From positions 320,001-384,000 of the forward strand of contig CAWGMQ010000007.1 of the NCBI GenBank assembly GCA_963823665.1: a stretch of DNA of 64,000 nucleotides, written 5' to 3'. Origin of the DNA: an uncultured Planctomycetota bacterium. Its GTDB lineage: Bacteria > Planctomycetota > Planctomycetia > Isosphaerales > Isosphaeraceae. Both the position numbers and the translations under genes were made by a program. Positions 7,600 to 18,900 of the stretch are shown here, one piece after another. The notes below the pieces were generated by a model. It made no database searches. It worked only from the letters and a program-made list of their open reading frames with translations, and had not been told where the DNA came from. The first letter of the stretch is position 1; every line of letters starts with the position of its first letter.

Positions 7600-9906
7600 T
7601 TGCCTGGGAGCGCTCTGGGATTGAATTCGATCGGAATCGCCATCCCGATCTGGTTGCTCGGCCTGGTTTCCAACGGGCTCTTGCTGGTCGGGTCGTTCTG
7701 GATCGCGCGCCACGGGCTAAGGCAGGCTGGCGGGATCGCCGGCTTCCTGGGCACCGCTGTCGTGTTCTGGACCGGCTGCACCGTCGGCCTTGAGGTCTTG
7801 AGCCTTTTCGGCGCGATCTCGGCGGGGCCGATGGTCGTCTGGAGTGCGGTGTGGCTCACACTGGGAGGTCTCGTCCGGTGGGTTCGCGGCAAAGCTGACG
7901 GTGGGCATTTCAAGGTCGACACCGAGCCGTGGTTTTCTCCCGAGTCCGTGGCGGCGCTCGGAGTCTTGATCGCGGCCGGCGTGATTCTGGGCATGCGGTC
8001 GCTGCTGCTGGCTGTCAAGGTTGTGAGCGACGGCCCCATTTATCATCTCTACTTCGCAGTGCGGTGGTGGAAAGCAGGGCGGCTGTTCCTGGTGGCGGCG
8101 CCGTTTGGCGAAAACGCGGCGACGTATTTTCCCGCGAACGGCGATCTGTGGTTCACATGGCTCATGGCGAGCTGGGGCGGCGACCGATTGGCGAAGGTCG
8201 GGCAGGCGCCGTTCTTGCTGCTGGCCGCAGTCGCGGCGTTTGGCTGTGCGCGGGCACTTGGCGCAAGACGATCCGCGAGCCTGATTGCCGCCTGCTGGTT
8301 CGCATCGTCGACGCCCTTGCTCCTTTACTCATTCGAACCCAACGTCGACACGATGTTCGTGGCCGGGTACATGATGGCGGCGTATTTCTTTCTTCAGGCC
8401 ATTGCGGGTGACGGAGGCACGCCCGCGCTTTGTCTGGGTGCATTTGCGGCGGGTGAGGCGCTGGGCACGAAACCCGTCGGCGTGGTCTTTGTACCGCCGC
8501 TACTGGCGCTCGTCGCCGCGCTCGTTCTCGTCGGGAACAAGGCGCGTCGCACCAAGATTGCTCGACTACTGTCTGTGCTTCTCCTACCGTTTCTTACCGG
8601 GGGCTACTGGTATGCCCGGAACGCGCTTTTGACCGGGAACCCGCTCTATCCGTTGGAAGTGAGGGTCTTGGGGCACACGCTCATCCGGGGATGGTATGGG
8701 CCGGACGCGATGCAGCTCAGCCCTTATTACATGCCTTTTGGCGATTGGCGGGCGCTTGTCGATACCCTGATGGCCGTGCTCGACCCGCGGCTTGTGCCAT
8801 TCTGGGTGCTCGCCGTCGCGGGGGCCGCGGTGTGGAGTCAGAGGACGGAGGACGGAGGTCGGAGGTCGGAGGACGGAGGGCGAAGGAAGAATGCGAAGAC
8901 GACTACGCTGCGGGCGTGGGCCATGGGTTTCGGGCTGCTGGCGATCGTCAACGTGGCGCTTTACTGGGTGTGCATTCCTTATCGCAGCCAGCAGCGATTC
9001 ATGCTGCAGGCGCTCGGGCTGGCGGCGGTTCCGCTGGCGCTCTTACTCGATCGAGGGCGTTGGCTTTGCCTGGCGGCTGCGGTGCTCCTGGGTGTGCATC
9101 TGCTGACGCCGGAGTGCTGGCCGTTTGGCGGGAAGGGCGGGTCGATTCCGTGGGACCTTTCGGCGGCGGTGCCGAACGATATCGGCGCGCTCGTTCCGTT
9201 GTTCTCACGGTTCGAGAACGTGTTGCGCGAGAATGCGAGCATGGGCTTGTTCGTGAGCCTGGCTTCCCTCGGGGGTATTCTGGCGACGGCGATCTTGGTG
9301 TCGTGGGCATGGTGCCACGGCTGGACTCGCGGGCGCGCGGCGATCGCACTGGCGGGCACGGCGGCCTTACTTGCCCTCGGATACGCTGATGTCTGGCTGG
9401 AAGGCGAGCCGGAGCGGTTCGTGTCGTATCCGGCATTCGACTTTTACGTGGGATGGCAGCAACTGGAAGCCGCGTCGGGGCCGAAGGGGTCGCGCGTGGC
9501 TTACGCGGGGACGAACATTCCTTATTATCTGTTTGGAAAAGGCCTGCGGAACGAGGTGCGGTATGTGAACGTCGATGGCAACCGGGACTGGCTGTTGCAC
9601 GACTATCATCGCCGGGCGATGGAGGGAGGGGCCGGGGCCTGGCCGAACCCGCGGCCGGGCTGGGACCGGAGTGCGCCGGATTTCTCGGCTTGGCTTCGTA
9701 ACCTGGATGCCGAGGGGACACAGCTCCTGGTCGTGACGCGGGTCAATCCGGCGGAGGGGAGCCACAACGTGGCTGATCGCGACGGGTTTCCGATCGAACG
9801 TGGATGGGCCGAGTCTCATCCGGAGCGATTCGAGCTGCTTTACGGAGGGAGGGAGAACGATCCGTGGTTCCGGCTTTATCGGGTGCGGCGGCCAAGCAGT
9901 GGGTAG
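7600..9906 (+). CDS. Polytopic membrane glycosyltransferase, GT-C fold (PMT/ArnT-like)
   Basis: More than 10 TM segments; DGPIYHL loop, YFPANGDL, ALGTKPVG, WYARNALLTGNPLYP, RFML motifs; C-terminal soluble domain; start codon uncertain. Confidence 0.75.
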   Translation: MPGSALGLNSIGIAIPIWLLGLVSNGLLLVGSFWIARHGLRQAGGIAGFLGTAVVFWTGCTVGLEVLSLFGAISAGPMVVWSAVWLTLGGLVRWVRGKADGGHFKVDTEPWFSPESVAALGVLIAAGVILGMRSLLLAVKVVSDGPIYHLYFAVRWWKAGRLFLVAAPFGENAATYFPANGDLWFTWLMASWGGDRLAKVGQAPFLLLAAVAAFGCARALGARRSASLIAACWFASSTPLLLYSFEPNVDTMFVAGYMMAAYFFLQAIAGDGGTPALCLGAFAAGEALGTKPVGVVFVPPLLALVAALVLVGNKARRTKIARLLSVLLLPFLTGGYWYARNALLTGNPLYPLEVRVLGHTLIRGWYGPDAMQLSPYYMPFGDWRALVDTLMAVLDPRLVPFWVLAVAGAAVWSQRTEDGGRRSEDGGRRKNAKTTTLRAWAMGFGLLAIVNVALYWVCIPYRSQQRFMLQALGLAAVPLALLLDRGRWLCLAAAVLLGVHLLTPECWPFGGKGGSIPWDLSAAVPNDIGALVPLFSRFENVLRENASMGLFVSLASLGGILATAILVSWAWCHGWTRGRAAIALAGTAALLALGYADVWLEGEPERFVSYPAFDFYVGWQQLEAASGPKGSRVAYAGTNIPYYLFGKGLRNEVRYVNVDGNRDWLLHDYHRRAMEGGAGAWPNPRPGWDRSAPDFSAWLRNLDAEGTQLLVVTRVNPAEGSHNVADRDGFPIERGWAESHPERFELLYGGRENDPWFRLYRVRRPSSG
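8837..8885 (+). repeat. Seven heptamers GNCRRAG inside the glycosyltransferase CDS
   Basis: gtcagag gacggag gacggag gtcggag gtcggag gacggag ggcgaag, translated as RTEDGGRRSEDGGRRK. Confidence 0.85.
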
Positions 9907-9913
9907 ACCGTTA

Positions 9914-10034
9914 ATCCCAGGGGTGCGGCGGAGCCGGTGCCACCCTACCGGCAAATTCGGCGGACGGCAGACGGAGTGTGCCTGCTACACCGAACGATTC
10001 GCCAAGCCCGTACCGCCCATCCCAGGGGTGCGGC
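9914..10034. repeat. Two GTAG-type REP-like units bracketed by a 16-bp direct repeat
   Basis: ATCCCAGGGGTGCGGC at 9914-9929 and 10019-10034; minus strand GTAGGGTGGCACCGGCTCCGCCG and GTAGCAGGCACACTCCGTCTGCCGTC between them. Confidence 0.6.
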
Positions 10035-10182
10035 CGGGTCGCGGGTAGTCTGCGGTGGGGCATTTCGGCAATTTCTCAACAAATCTTGAATCATTCGCAC
10101 GGATTCGATGAGAGCCGGGCACTAATAATAGAGACGGGCTGCACTTGAATCGCATCACCGCAGGAATGGATGGGAGGCTCTC

Positions 10183-12214
10183 ATGCGCTTAACTCTAAGG
10201 ACTCTTTTGGCTTGGCTCGACGACACGCTTCAACCGGCGCAGGTCAAGGAGATCGGGAGCCAGGTGGCCGGGAGTCCGTTCGCGCAGGAGTTGACGGAGC
10301 GGATTCACCGGGTCACGCGGCAGCGCCGGCTTTCGATTCCGAGCAGCTCGGGCGGGGATGGGCTCGACCCGAACGTGGTGGCCGGTTATCTCGATAACGA
10401 GCTCGACCCGGAAGTGGTGGCGGAATATGAGAAGAGGTGTCTTTCTCAGGACGTGGTTCTGGCCGAGGTTGCGAGCGTGCACCAGATCTTGAGCTTGCTG
10501 GGGCACAAGGTGAAGGTGCCGGCCGCGGCGAGAGCGCGGATGTATCAACTGGTGAAGGGAAGAGATTCGACCCGTACGCCGCGGTAGCGCGATCGGCGAA
10601 GGCGCGGGCCGATCTGCCCGAACCGGTTTCCAAGCCGATCAATCCCTGGGTGGTGCCTGAGGCGCCTCGGCGGTCGACGCTGGAGCGGTTCGGTCCGGCG
10701 GTTGCGTGTCTCTTTCTGATTGGGCTCTGTAGTGCGGCGGCGTGGATGAGCTTGACGGCGCCGGCGCCGGAGGGCTTCCGGGCGCCGGTGGCCGGCGACA
10801 CGCTTGTCGCGGGACCCGGGCCCGTGGTGAAGGACCATGAGGTGGTGGATGCCGACGATGCGCGAAAGGGTTCGCCGGAGGAGGCTGGCGGGGCGGAAGT
10901 GTTGGGTGGGGCGGAGGCTGCGCAGCCGAAGGACGCGCGGGGGGCAGAGCCGTCTGAAGCTGTGATGAAGACCGGCGAGCTGGCTGGAGCGGGAGGTGCA
11001 GCGGATGTTGCGAAGGCGACCGACGACGCGGCAAAAGCCGGGGCCCCCCACGCCAAACTCGTGGTGCCTGCCGGATCACTGGGGCTGGCGGCTGCTCCCG
11101 AGGGGATTCTGCTGCGGTATAGCCCCGACTCGCGTTCGTGGGAGCGGCTCACCGGGCCGACTCCGCTGGCCGCGTCCTCGCGCTTGCTCTGTCTCTTTCC
11201 GACGCGGACGGCGGTTGCGATCGGCAAGGCGGAGGTGTTGATGCTGGGGGAATGCGAGCTTCGCGTCCTGCCGCAATCGACTGAAGCCGCGCCGGCGATC
11301 GAGCTGGCGCAAGGCTGGCTGCTGGTTCGACCCGAGACGTCGACCACGCTCAAGGTCGGCCTGGGCGACCGGCTGATCACGCTCGAGGTGCCGCAGAACG
11401 GCTGTGCGGCAGTCGAGCGATCGGCCCGGTGGGTCTACGGGCGGCTGGTGAGCCCGGTGCCGCCGCTGGTGGTGCACGGTGTTTCGGGCGAGATCACGGT
11501 CACGGTGGGCGCCAAGCAAGAGGTGCTCGCACCGCTGGACGTGCTTTCGATCGACCGCAGCAGTGTGAAGCGGTCGACCGAGGATGCTTCGCCCATGTGG
11601 GCCAGCGACGCGTGGCCGACTCCGGAGGAGGTGAAGGCGCGTGATGATTTTGCCAAAGTGCTTCATCGCGGCCGGCCGATCCTCACGGAGATCGTCGCGG
11701 CGGTTGAAGAGAGTAATGTTCATACCAAGCAATTCGCAGTTGCCGCACTCAAGTCGATGGGGGAGATGTCGTACTTGATGCCGCTGCTTTCGCGCAAGGA
11801 CGATTCCGCGGTGCGGCAAGGAGCTTTAGCGGGGGTGAGGTTGTACACGGCGCTCGGGCCTGAGGCTGCCGCCAAGGTGAACGAGCAGCTCGTGGAGGAA
11901 TTCGGGGACGAGACCGCGGCGATGGCGGGCAAGATGATCGTCGGTTTCTCGCCGCAGGAGGCGGCCAGTCCGCAGCTCTTCTCAGAGCTGATCGAGCTGC
12001 TTTCACCGGCGGAGCAGTCCGTCGGAGTGCGTGCGCTGGCTGTGGACACGCTCAAACGGCTGACCGGGAAGGGCGACATGGGATACGATCCGGATCATCC
12101 CGAAGCCGGGCATGCGGCGTGGGTTGATCTGGAGCGAGAGGGGAAGCTGCGACCGACGGCACCCGCAAAGGCGCCGCGCGGCCGGCGGCACCGGCAAAGG
12201 CCAAGGCGAAATAA
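10183..12214 (+). CDS. Planctomycete MRLTLRTLLA-type membrane protein (anti-sigma-like N-terminus, TM, FecR-like beta region, HEAT-like C-terminus); two frameshifts
   Basis: ORF 10183..10587 joins 10437..12404 near 10570; a second shift near 12180 restores the ending ...APAKAKAK* (TAA 12212-12214), freeing room for the next promoter. Confidence 0.65.
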
Positions 12215-12277
12215 GCCGGACGACTTCGTCCTTCGCCCGGTGCCCGCTGGCCGAGCGTGGAGTAAGCCGGCCGGATA

Positions 12278-12286
12278 TGTTATAGT
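12278..12286 (+). promoter_or_regulatory. Extended -10 element TGTTATAGT
   Basis: TGn-TATAGT ending 17 nt before the ATG at 12304. Confidence 0.4.
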
Positions 12287-12303
12287 TTACCCTGTCGGAA
12301 TAG

Positions 12304-15300
12304 ATGCGCTGGAAGGCAGATTCTTCCTCGCACGATCGAAGCAGCGACCACCGACGGCTGGCTTTCCGGAAGCGGAGGGTCACCGCGCGATGCAACTCTT
12401 CTAGGTGCTGCATCTTGTATTTATTGACGAACTTGCTCATCGCGATGGGCTGTCTCGCTTCGGGCCAGTCGAGCCTACCTCCTGGGCAGAGTGATCCGCG
12501 AGTGGAGGTCGCACCGGCTCGAGCCGGCTCGAGCGTGCCCGCGCCTGGCGGCGGTTTGTCCGCGTCGGCGGGTGCGCAGGAGGGTGCGCGGGAGGTTGAA
12601 GGGCGGATTCCGTGGTTCGTGATCTTGAACATGCCGCAAGACCTGGACGAGTTGTGGCGAAAGATCGAGCGTCCGGATCTCGTGCTCATGAAGGGTGAAC
12701 GTGCGGGGATTGCCGCCGCTCTTGAAACGGCAGCGGCCGGGAAGGGGGCAGATGCATCCCGCGGGCTGGTGGAATCGGTGAAGATTTCAGGTCGCGTCGT
12801 CGGCGAGAGTGCCAACCTCGTGGTCGAGCTGACCGTGGCCGTGAGTGGTGAGGGCGACGTGTGGGTGCCGATCCGGCTGGACAATCAGAGACTGGTTGCC
12901 GCGCGCGAGAACGGGCGGGATCTGGACCTGCGCCAGCAGGAACGCGGGGAGTGGCGGGTGCGTTTGACGGGGCAGGGCGAGCATCGGATCGCGGTGGAGG
13001 TCCGGGCTTTCTTCAGCAACGAGCTGGCGCGGAGGAGGCTGTCGCTGGCGATTCCGGAAGCAGCCACGACTCGCCTTGAGCTGGATCTGGGCGGTCGCGG
13101 ATCGGATATTGTGATCGGGTCCAATGAAGACTTCGGGCAGAACGAGCCTGGACGGGACAAAAGGAAGCCTGTGACGGCCCATCTTTCGCCGCGGTCGAAG
13201 CTGGACGTGAGCTGGCTCGACGATGCGGATTCGGCTGGGGGTGCGCCGCCGTTATTGACGGCGCAAGGTGAAATTGCGATCGAGGTGGATGCGCAGGCCG
13301 TGCGAACGCGGTCGTCGTGGTCGATCCGTTGCGTTCGGGGGACGGCGAGGACCCTGGAACTGAAGGTTGCCGACGACGAGGACATCACGGAGCTCGAGCT
13401 TGACGATCAATCACTGGCCGAGAAGATCGGCCAGGCGCGGGGGCCGGGAAAGCTGACGATACCGCTGGGCGAGCCGCTGCGCGCCGGAGGAGCCGCGCGG
13501 CTGACCTTGCGGACGCGGCGGTCGCTCGCCAAGTCCGGTCCGCGGCGGATCTCGTTCGCGGGCTTTCCGTTTTCGGGTGTGCGCGAGCAGACGGGCTATA
13601 TCGGGATCACGAATAGCCCGAACATCTGGGTCGGATCGGACGCGCCCGCGGGCTTGCACCGGATCGATGCGAGCAAATTGCCGAGCGACTTGCGGGCCCG
13701 GCCGGCAACCAGTCTTGCGTATGAGTTTCTCGATCAGCCGTTCGTGCTGGACCTCGTTGTCGAAGCTTCTCCGACGCAGATCCGCGGGGAGACGCGGACG
13801 CTGCTGGAAGTGGACGCGGACCGCGTGCGCAGCGAAACGACGATCGACTTGACGTGGCTGGGCGAGGTGTTCGAGCTCGAGGTGGGCGCCGCGCCGGGAC
13901 TGGAAGTCGTCTCGGTAGGGCCGCGCGAGTCGGTCGAGAGCTGGCATGCTTCTCTAGCGTCTCGAGAGGCGGGTCGCGGACCGCTAGAGAAGCAGGAACG
14001 CCGGTTGAACATTCGGTTGAGCCCGCAGGCGCGCGACAGCAAGAAGGTATCTCTCAAGCTCGCCGCGATCGAGGCGATCGAGGCGGTGGGATCGATCAAG
14101 CTCGGGTTGTTCTCTCTCGACCGGTCGATTCCGGTGAATGCGTTCTATGCGCTCGCGGCGGGCCGAGGCCTGGCTCTTGAGGTGGGGGACGACTTGAGCG
14201 GGCGGCTCAGGAGCGCTCCGGAGCTCAGGTCAAGATTCCAGAGTCTTTCGGGGATCTGGCCGGGCGTGTTATTGCCGAAGGAGGATCCGGCGCGGCAGTT
14301 GTTCGTCGCCGACAGAGGAGGCTCGAGCTACCTGCCTATCAAGGTCACGCGGCCCAAGCGGCTGCTCCGCCACGAAACGATTCTCTCCGCGAAGGTTTTG
14401 TCGCGGTCGGTGGAGGTGATCGAGCAGACGACGATTTCGGTCCGCCACGGCGAACTGAAATCGGTGGTGATTCGGGTGCCGGCCAGATTCGCCGCGCGGT
14501 GGGAGCTGCTGGAGCGCCAGGAGATCGACAGTCGCGAGCTGGGCCGCGAGGCGGACGGGTCCTGGCGGTACCGTCTGTCGTTCGATCGAGCAGCCATCGA
14601 CCAGGCCGTCGTGCGTTTTCGCTACCGGGTGCCGTTGGCGCAACAACTCGATGCCGCGACTCCGCGGGAGGTGACCCTCGACTGGATCACGATTGAAGAA
14701 GGAGAGGCCGCGCCGGTGAGAGTCGAGCTGGAGCTCGACCCGGAGATCGTTGTCGAGAACGGGACGCCGCCGGGCTGGGCCCGCGCGGCGTTCGATCTGC
14801 ACGCCGAGCCTGTGGGGGAGAGGCCGCTTTTGCAATTCGCCCAGGAGGATGCGCGGAGCCAGCAGCATGTCTTCACGTTCAAGGCCCGGGCTCTGTCGCA
14901 GCACGCGCTTCCGCCGCTTGTCATCCCGCGGCTCCTGATCAAGACGATTCAGGGTGTCGACGGGTCGCGGCGCACGACCGCGCGGTACTGGGTCGAGCGG
15001 CATGGGGCCGAATTCCCGTTTGAGCTTCCCTCGGGGGTCGAGGGGATCGAAGCTCGTGTCGACGGTCGCATCGCCGATCAAGTGGATTACGATCAGTCGA
15101 CATCGCGGCACAGTCTGCGGTTCAAGGGTGACTCGGCCTCCCGACCGGCGCTCGTGGAGCTGGAATTCCAGGAGCCGAAACCGGGCACGAGCTGGCGGCT
15201 CCCCAAGATTCAGGACGGGGCGGTGGTTCTGCAGGCGCTGTGGGAGGCCCGGCTGCCCTGGAGCCTGGCGGTCGTCGGAATTCCTCGCGGCTGGTCCGAC

Positions 15301-15939
15301 GAGAACCACTGGTCCTTCAGCGGCTTTTCCTGGAAACGGCGGCCCGTGCAGGACTCGGCCGGCCTGAACGAGTGGCTGGTGGGAAGCGGCGGCCCGGCAT
15401 CGGCCATTGACGATTTCACAGGGTCGGGGGCATACGAAGAGGATCGGTATCTTTTCAGCCGGCGCGGCGAGCCCGCGGCACTGGAGCTCTGGCTGGTACC
15501 TGGATCGTGGCTGGTCGGCGTCTCTTCGGGGCTCTCGCTGGTGATCGGGTTCCTGGCGATCTTTCGAAAGCTCCGATTTCGTACGATCTGGCTGGGGATT
15601 GCCGGCGCTCTCGTTTTGTGTGCAACGCTGGTTGAGCCGGGTGTGACGGTGCTGGTGCTGCAGGCGGCGGCGCTTGGTGCCGTACTCTCGCTGGTGGGGT
15701 TTGTGATCGAGCGTGCAATCGAGCGGGCGCGTCTGCGGTTGTTGCCGTTCGGGCGGAGCACGCCGGCGGCCGGCCGGCCCCTCTCAGATTCCCCTCCGAA
15801 GGGAACGGCGGTCGTTGGATCGGATGATCCGACGGCGATCCGGGTGCGCGTGCCGTCGACCGTCGACCACGCGCCCGCCGCGGCCGTCGGGCAGGAAGCG
15901 ATACCGGAACTGCGAAGCTCTACCGTTCAGCGGGCTTGA
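12304..15939 (+). CDS. Large exported/membrane-anchored hypothetical protein (1211 aa)
   Basis: N-terminal hydrophobic signal, long beta-rich ectodomain, about 3 C-terminal TM helices, short cytoplasmic tail. Confidence 0.8.
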   Translation: MRWKADSSSHDRSSDHRRLAFRKRRVTARCNSSRCCILYLLTNLLIAMGCLASGQSSLPPGQSDPRVEVAPARAGSSVPAPGGGLSASAGAQEGAREVEGRIPWFVILNMPQDLDELWRKIERPDLVLMKGERAGIAAALETAAAGKGADASRGLVESVKISGRVVGESANLVVELTVAVSGEGDVWVPIRLDNQRLVAARENGRDLDLRQQERGEWRVRLTGQGEHRIAVEVRAFFSNELARRRLSLAIPEAATTRLELDLGGRGSDIVIGSNEDFGQNEPGRDKRKPVTAHLSPRSKLDVSWLDDADSAGGAPPLLTAQGEIAIEVDAQAVRTRSSWSIRCVRGTARTLELKVADDEDITELELDDQSLAEKIGQARGPGKLTIPLGEPLRAGGAARLTLRTRRSLAKSGPRRISFAGFPFSGVREQTGYIGITNSPNIWVGSDAPAGLHRIDASKLPSDLRARPATSLAYEFLDQPFVLDLVVEASPTQIRGETRTLLEVDADRVRSETTIDLTWLGEVFELEVGAAPGLEVVSVGPRESVESWHASLASREAGRGPLEKQERRLNIRLSPQARDSKKVSLKLAAIEAIEAVGSIKLGLFSLDRSIPVNAFYALAAGRGLALEVGDDLSGRLRSAPELRSRFQSLSGIWPGVLLPKEDPARQLFVADRGGSSYLPIKVTRPKRLLRHETILSAKVLSRSVEVIEQTTISVRHGELKSVVIRVPARFAARWELLERQEIDSRELGREADGSWRYRLSFDRAAIDQAVVRFRYRVPLAQQLDAATPREVTLDWITIEEGEAAPVRVELELDPEIVVENGTPPGWARAAFDLHAEPVGERPLLQFAQEDARSQQHVFTFKARALSQHALPPLVIPRLLIKTIQGVDGSRRTTARYWVERHGAEFPFELPSGVEGIEARVDGRIADQVDYDQSTSRHSLRFKGDSASRPALVELEFQEPKPGTSWRLPKIQDGAVVLQALWEARLPWSLAVVGIPRGWSDENHWSFSGFSWKRRPVQDSAGLNEWLVGSGGPASAIDDFTGSGAYEEDRYLFSRRGEPAALELWLVPGSWLVGVSSGLSLVIGFLAIFRKLRFRTIWLGIAGALVLCATLVEPGVTVLVLQAAALGAVLSLVGFVIERAIERARLRLLPFGRSTPAAGRPLSDSPPKGTAVVGSDDPTAIRVRVPSTVDHAPAAAVGQEAIPELRSSTVQRA

Positions 15940-15952
15940 AGTGCACCCAGCA

Positions 15953-18900
15953 ATGATTCCTAACGAATCGGCTCAGTCGGAGAGGGCGAGGGAGCGAGTC
16001 TCAAGCCGCCCTATCCGCGCGGCGCGAGCGGTTGTACTTGGGCTCTTGTGCGTTGCCTCGGGGCGCGCCACGGCTGCCTCCGAGCCCGAGATCGTGCGGT
16101 TGCGGGCACCGGCGAAGATGACATCGCTATGTTTTCCGCCCGGGACCGAGTTGCGACTGTTGACTGCGGAGGCGTTCGAGTCGCTGCTCGAGCGTGCGAC
16201 TCAAGGGGCGCAGCGACGACTCTCCGCCGGAGCTCCAAGGTTGGTTCGCGCTCGCCACCGCGCGCGGTGGGAGGGCGGTGTCTTGAGGGGAGAGACGGAG
16301 CTCGTAATCGTCAAGTCGACGGCAGATCCGGCGGACTACGTGCTGGACGTGTGGTCGCCGGCAGTCATCTCTGCGACCAGGAGTGGAGCCGCAACCGCTG
16401 GAGACGACGAGCTTCCCGCCCAACTGTTCGCGGAGCCGGTGCGGCCGGCCGATATGCGGCGATCGATCTCGGGCGAATCGATTCTGGAGCCGCTACTCGG
16501 CGCACGCGATTCGGGGATGCAGAGCATTTCGCTGGACGGTTATCCCAGGCAGTCGGTTCGTCTTGTGTGGGAGCTCCAGGCTCAAAAGCGGGTGGGGGGG
16601 CGGAGCATGCATCTGGCTTTGCCGGGTGAGGCGACAACTGTCCTCGCGCTCGAGCTGCCGACGGAGTGGAAACCGTCGGTGCGGGTGGGGCGGCGCCGCG
16701 GGCCGCTGGAAGGGGGCCGAGCCGATCGCCTGCAATGGGAAGTCGAGGCCGAGTCGGGGCGGATCGAGCTCGAGATTGTTGATCGCGAACGCGGAGACCT
16801 GGCGCCCGAGTCGGATCTGTGGGTGTCGGGGGCGACGCAGGTCCATCTACGGGGGACGGTTGACGGCTCCCTGCGGCCGGGGAACTGGTCGACCGAGTGG
16901 CTGCTCGAACTTGATCCGCGCAATCCGAAGTCGCTGGAGGCCGAGCTCGATCCGGGCCTGGAGCTGGTCGAGGTTGTGGGGCCGGCGGTGCGTGGGTTTC
17001 GCATCGAGCCATCGAGCGGGGGACGTCGGGTGAGCGTGACGCTGGGCGGCGAGCTCAAGCGGATCACGGAGGTGAGATTCCTGGCGATTGCTCGCTCGCC
17101 GGGTGATGGGGTCTGGGCGGTCCCGGCGATCAGGCCGCTGAACGCGACCTGGACCGGTGGTACGACGACGGTGAACCTGGACCCGCGTCACGTGGTGACC
17201 GAATGCATCGAGAAAGCCGGGCGGAGGATCGTCGGGCGTCCGGAAGGGGAAAGTGCGGGGATCAACCAGCTCGTGTTCGAGGCGGGCTCGCCCCTGTCCG
17301 TCGCGGACCTGGTCTTTCGCGGGCCCGCAACCGAGTCGTCGTGCTCGGTGCGGGGTCAGCTATTTGTTTCGGGAGCGCCGGCCCGTCTGGAATGCCAGCT
17401 CGACTGGAGCGCAGCCGGCGCCTTGCCGCCAGAGCTCGAAATTGAGCTGAGCCCGGGCTGGATCACAGATCGCGTGCTCATACGTGGAGTTACTGATCCA
17501 TTGGTCTGGCATGCGTCCGCGCTTGAGTCGGGCGGTACCCGTCTGCGCGTGGCGATCCCGGCGAATGCGCAGCAAAAGGAGGTCTCGCTTGTCTACAGCG
17601 CGAGCTCGAGCTCGCCTGAGTCTCGCGGTCCGCTCGAGCTGCCGCGGGTTGTACCTCTGGGCGCGCCGATCGTCGAAGAAGCGTGGCTGGCGTGGGCTGA
17701 TCGGACGACGATGATCCGGCCGACGGACGCGTCTGGACTGGCCTGGATCGATCCCGCGGCGGTGCCGAGCTTTGTAGCCGCTCGCCAGGTGAACGCGGGC
17801 CTGCGCGAGGCGCTTGCCTGGCGATGGATTGACCGGACGGGCAGGGCCCGTGTTGATCGGGAGCCGATCGATCAGGAGCCCTCTGCTTCGGTTGTGATCT
17901 TCGCCACGGTCGATCCTGCAAAAGGGCGGGTCACGCTGAATGGGAGGCTCGTGATCGTGGCGGGGCCGGGGGGACTCGAGCGCATTCCGATCTGGATCGA
18001 GAGTCCGGCGGGCTCGGCCGCAGCGCTGCAGTTCGAGGACCGAGCAGGGGGTGCCGTGCCGCGGCGGGTGCTCGAGGGGTCTGCTCGCGCGGACCTGGGG
18101 CTGCCCGAGGGTGGGCAGGCGCTTGAGGTGGCGGTTCAACTCGTGGGCCAAAGTGAAAAAACAATTTATTTTCATGCGGAATATCCGTGGGCGCCAGGGT
18201 CAGCGATTCCGGTCCTGGCTGTCGCGCGCAAGTACCTCGAGCGGGGCGTGATCGTGGTGAAGACCCCGCACGCGGTGCGCTCGCAATTCAAGGCGACGGG
18301 GATGCACATGCTGGAGGCATCGGCGGTCTCGCCGGAGGGGCGTGACCTAGTTTCCGAACCGGAAGGACCGGGCCGGGCGGCGCGCGAGGGTTATGACGGC
18401 TTTGATGTTCATACATTTGCGTTTAATGAGCCTGGCGCGCGGCTCGAGCTGTTCACGGAGATGCTTGCGCGGATGCAGGAGGCGGGTGTTGTCCGGGAGG
18501 CGGTGCTGGCGACGTCAATCGACCCGAACGGTGCGGCGGTTCATCGACTGCGGCTCTTCTTGCACTGCGGTCAGGCCCGATCACTGGAACTGAAGCTGGC
18601 CGGGGCGACCTCACTGGTGCGAGTGCGCCGAGACGGGACGGACGTGGTGCCGATCGAGTCGGGGAGCGGGGTCTCGATACCATTGCCCGAGGCGAGCCAG
18701 GGGGCGAAGTTCTGTACGATCGTCCTCGATTATGTCGGGGTACGGGAGGTGGGTCTGCCTTCCGGGCGAGTGCGAGCCGTGCTTCCCGTGGTATCGTTTC
18801 CCTGTCTTTCGTTCACGTGGGAGCTTGTGGTTCCGGGAGGGTACGAGGCGGTCGATTGCGGTCCGGGATTACTGGCCGCCCAGAACGAGCCGGCGGCGGG

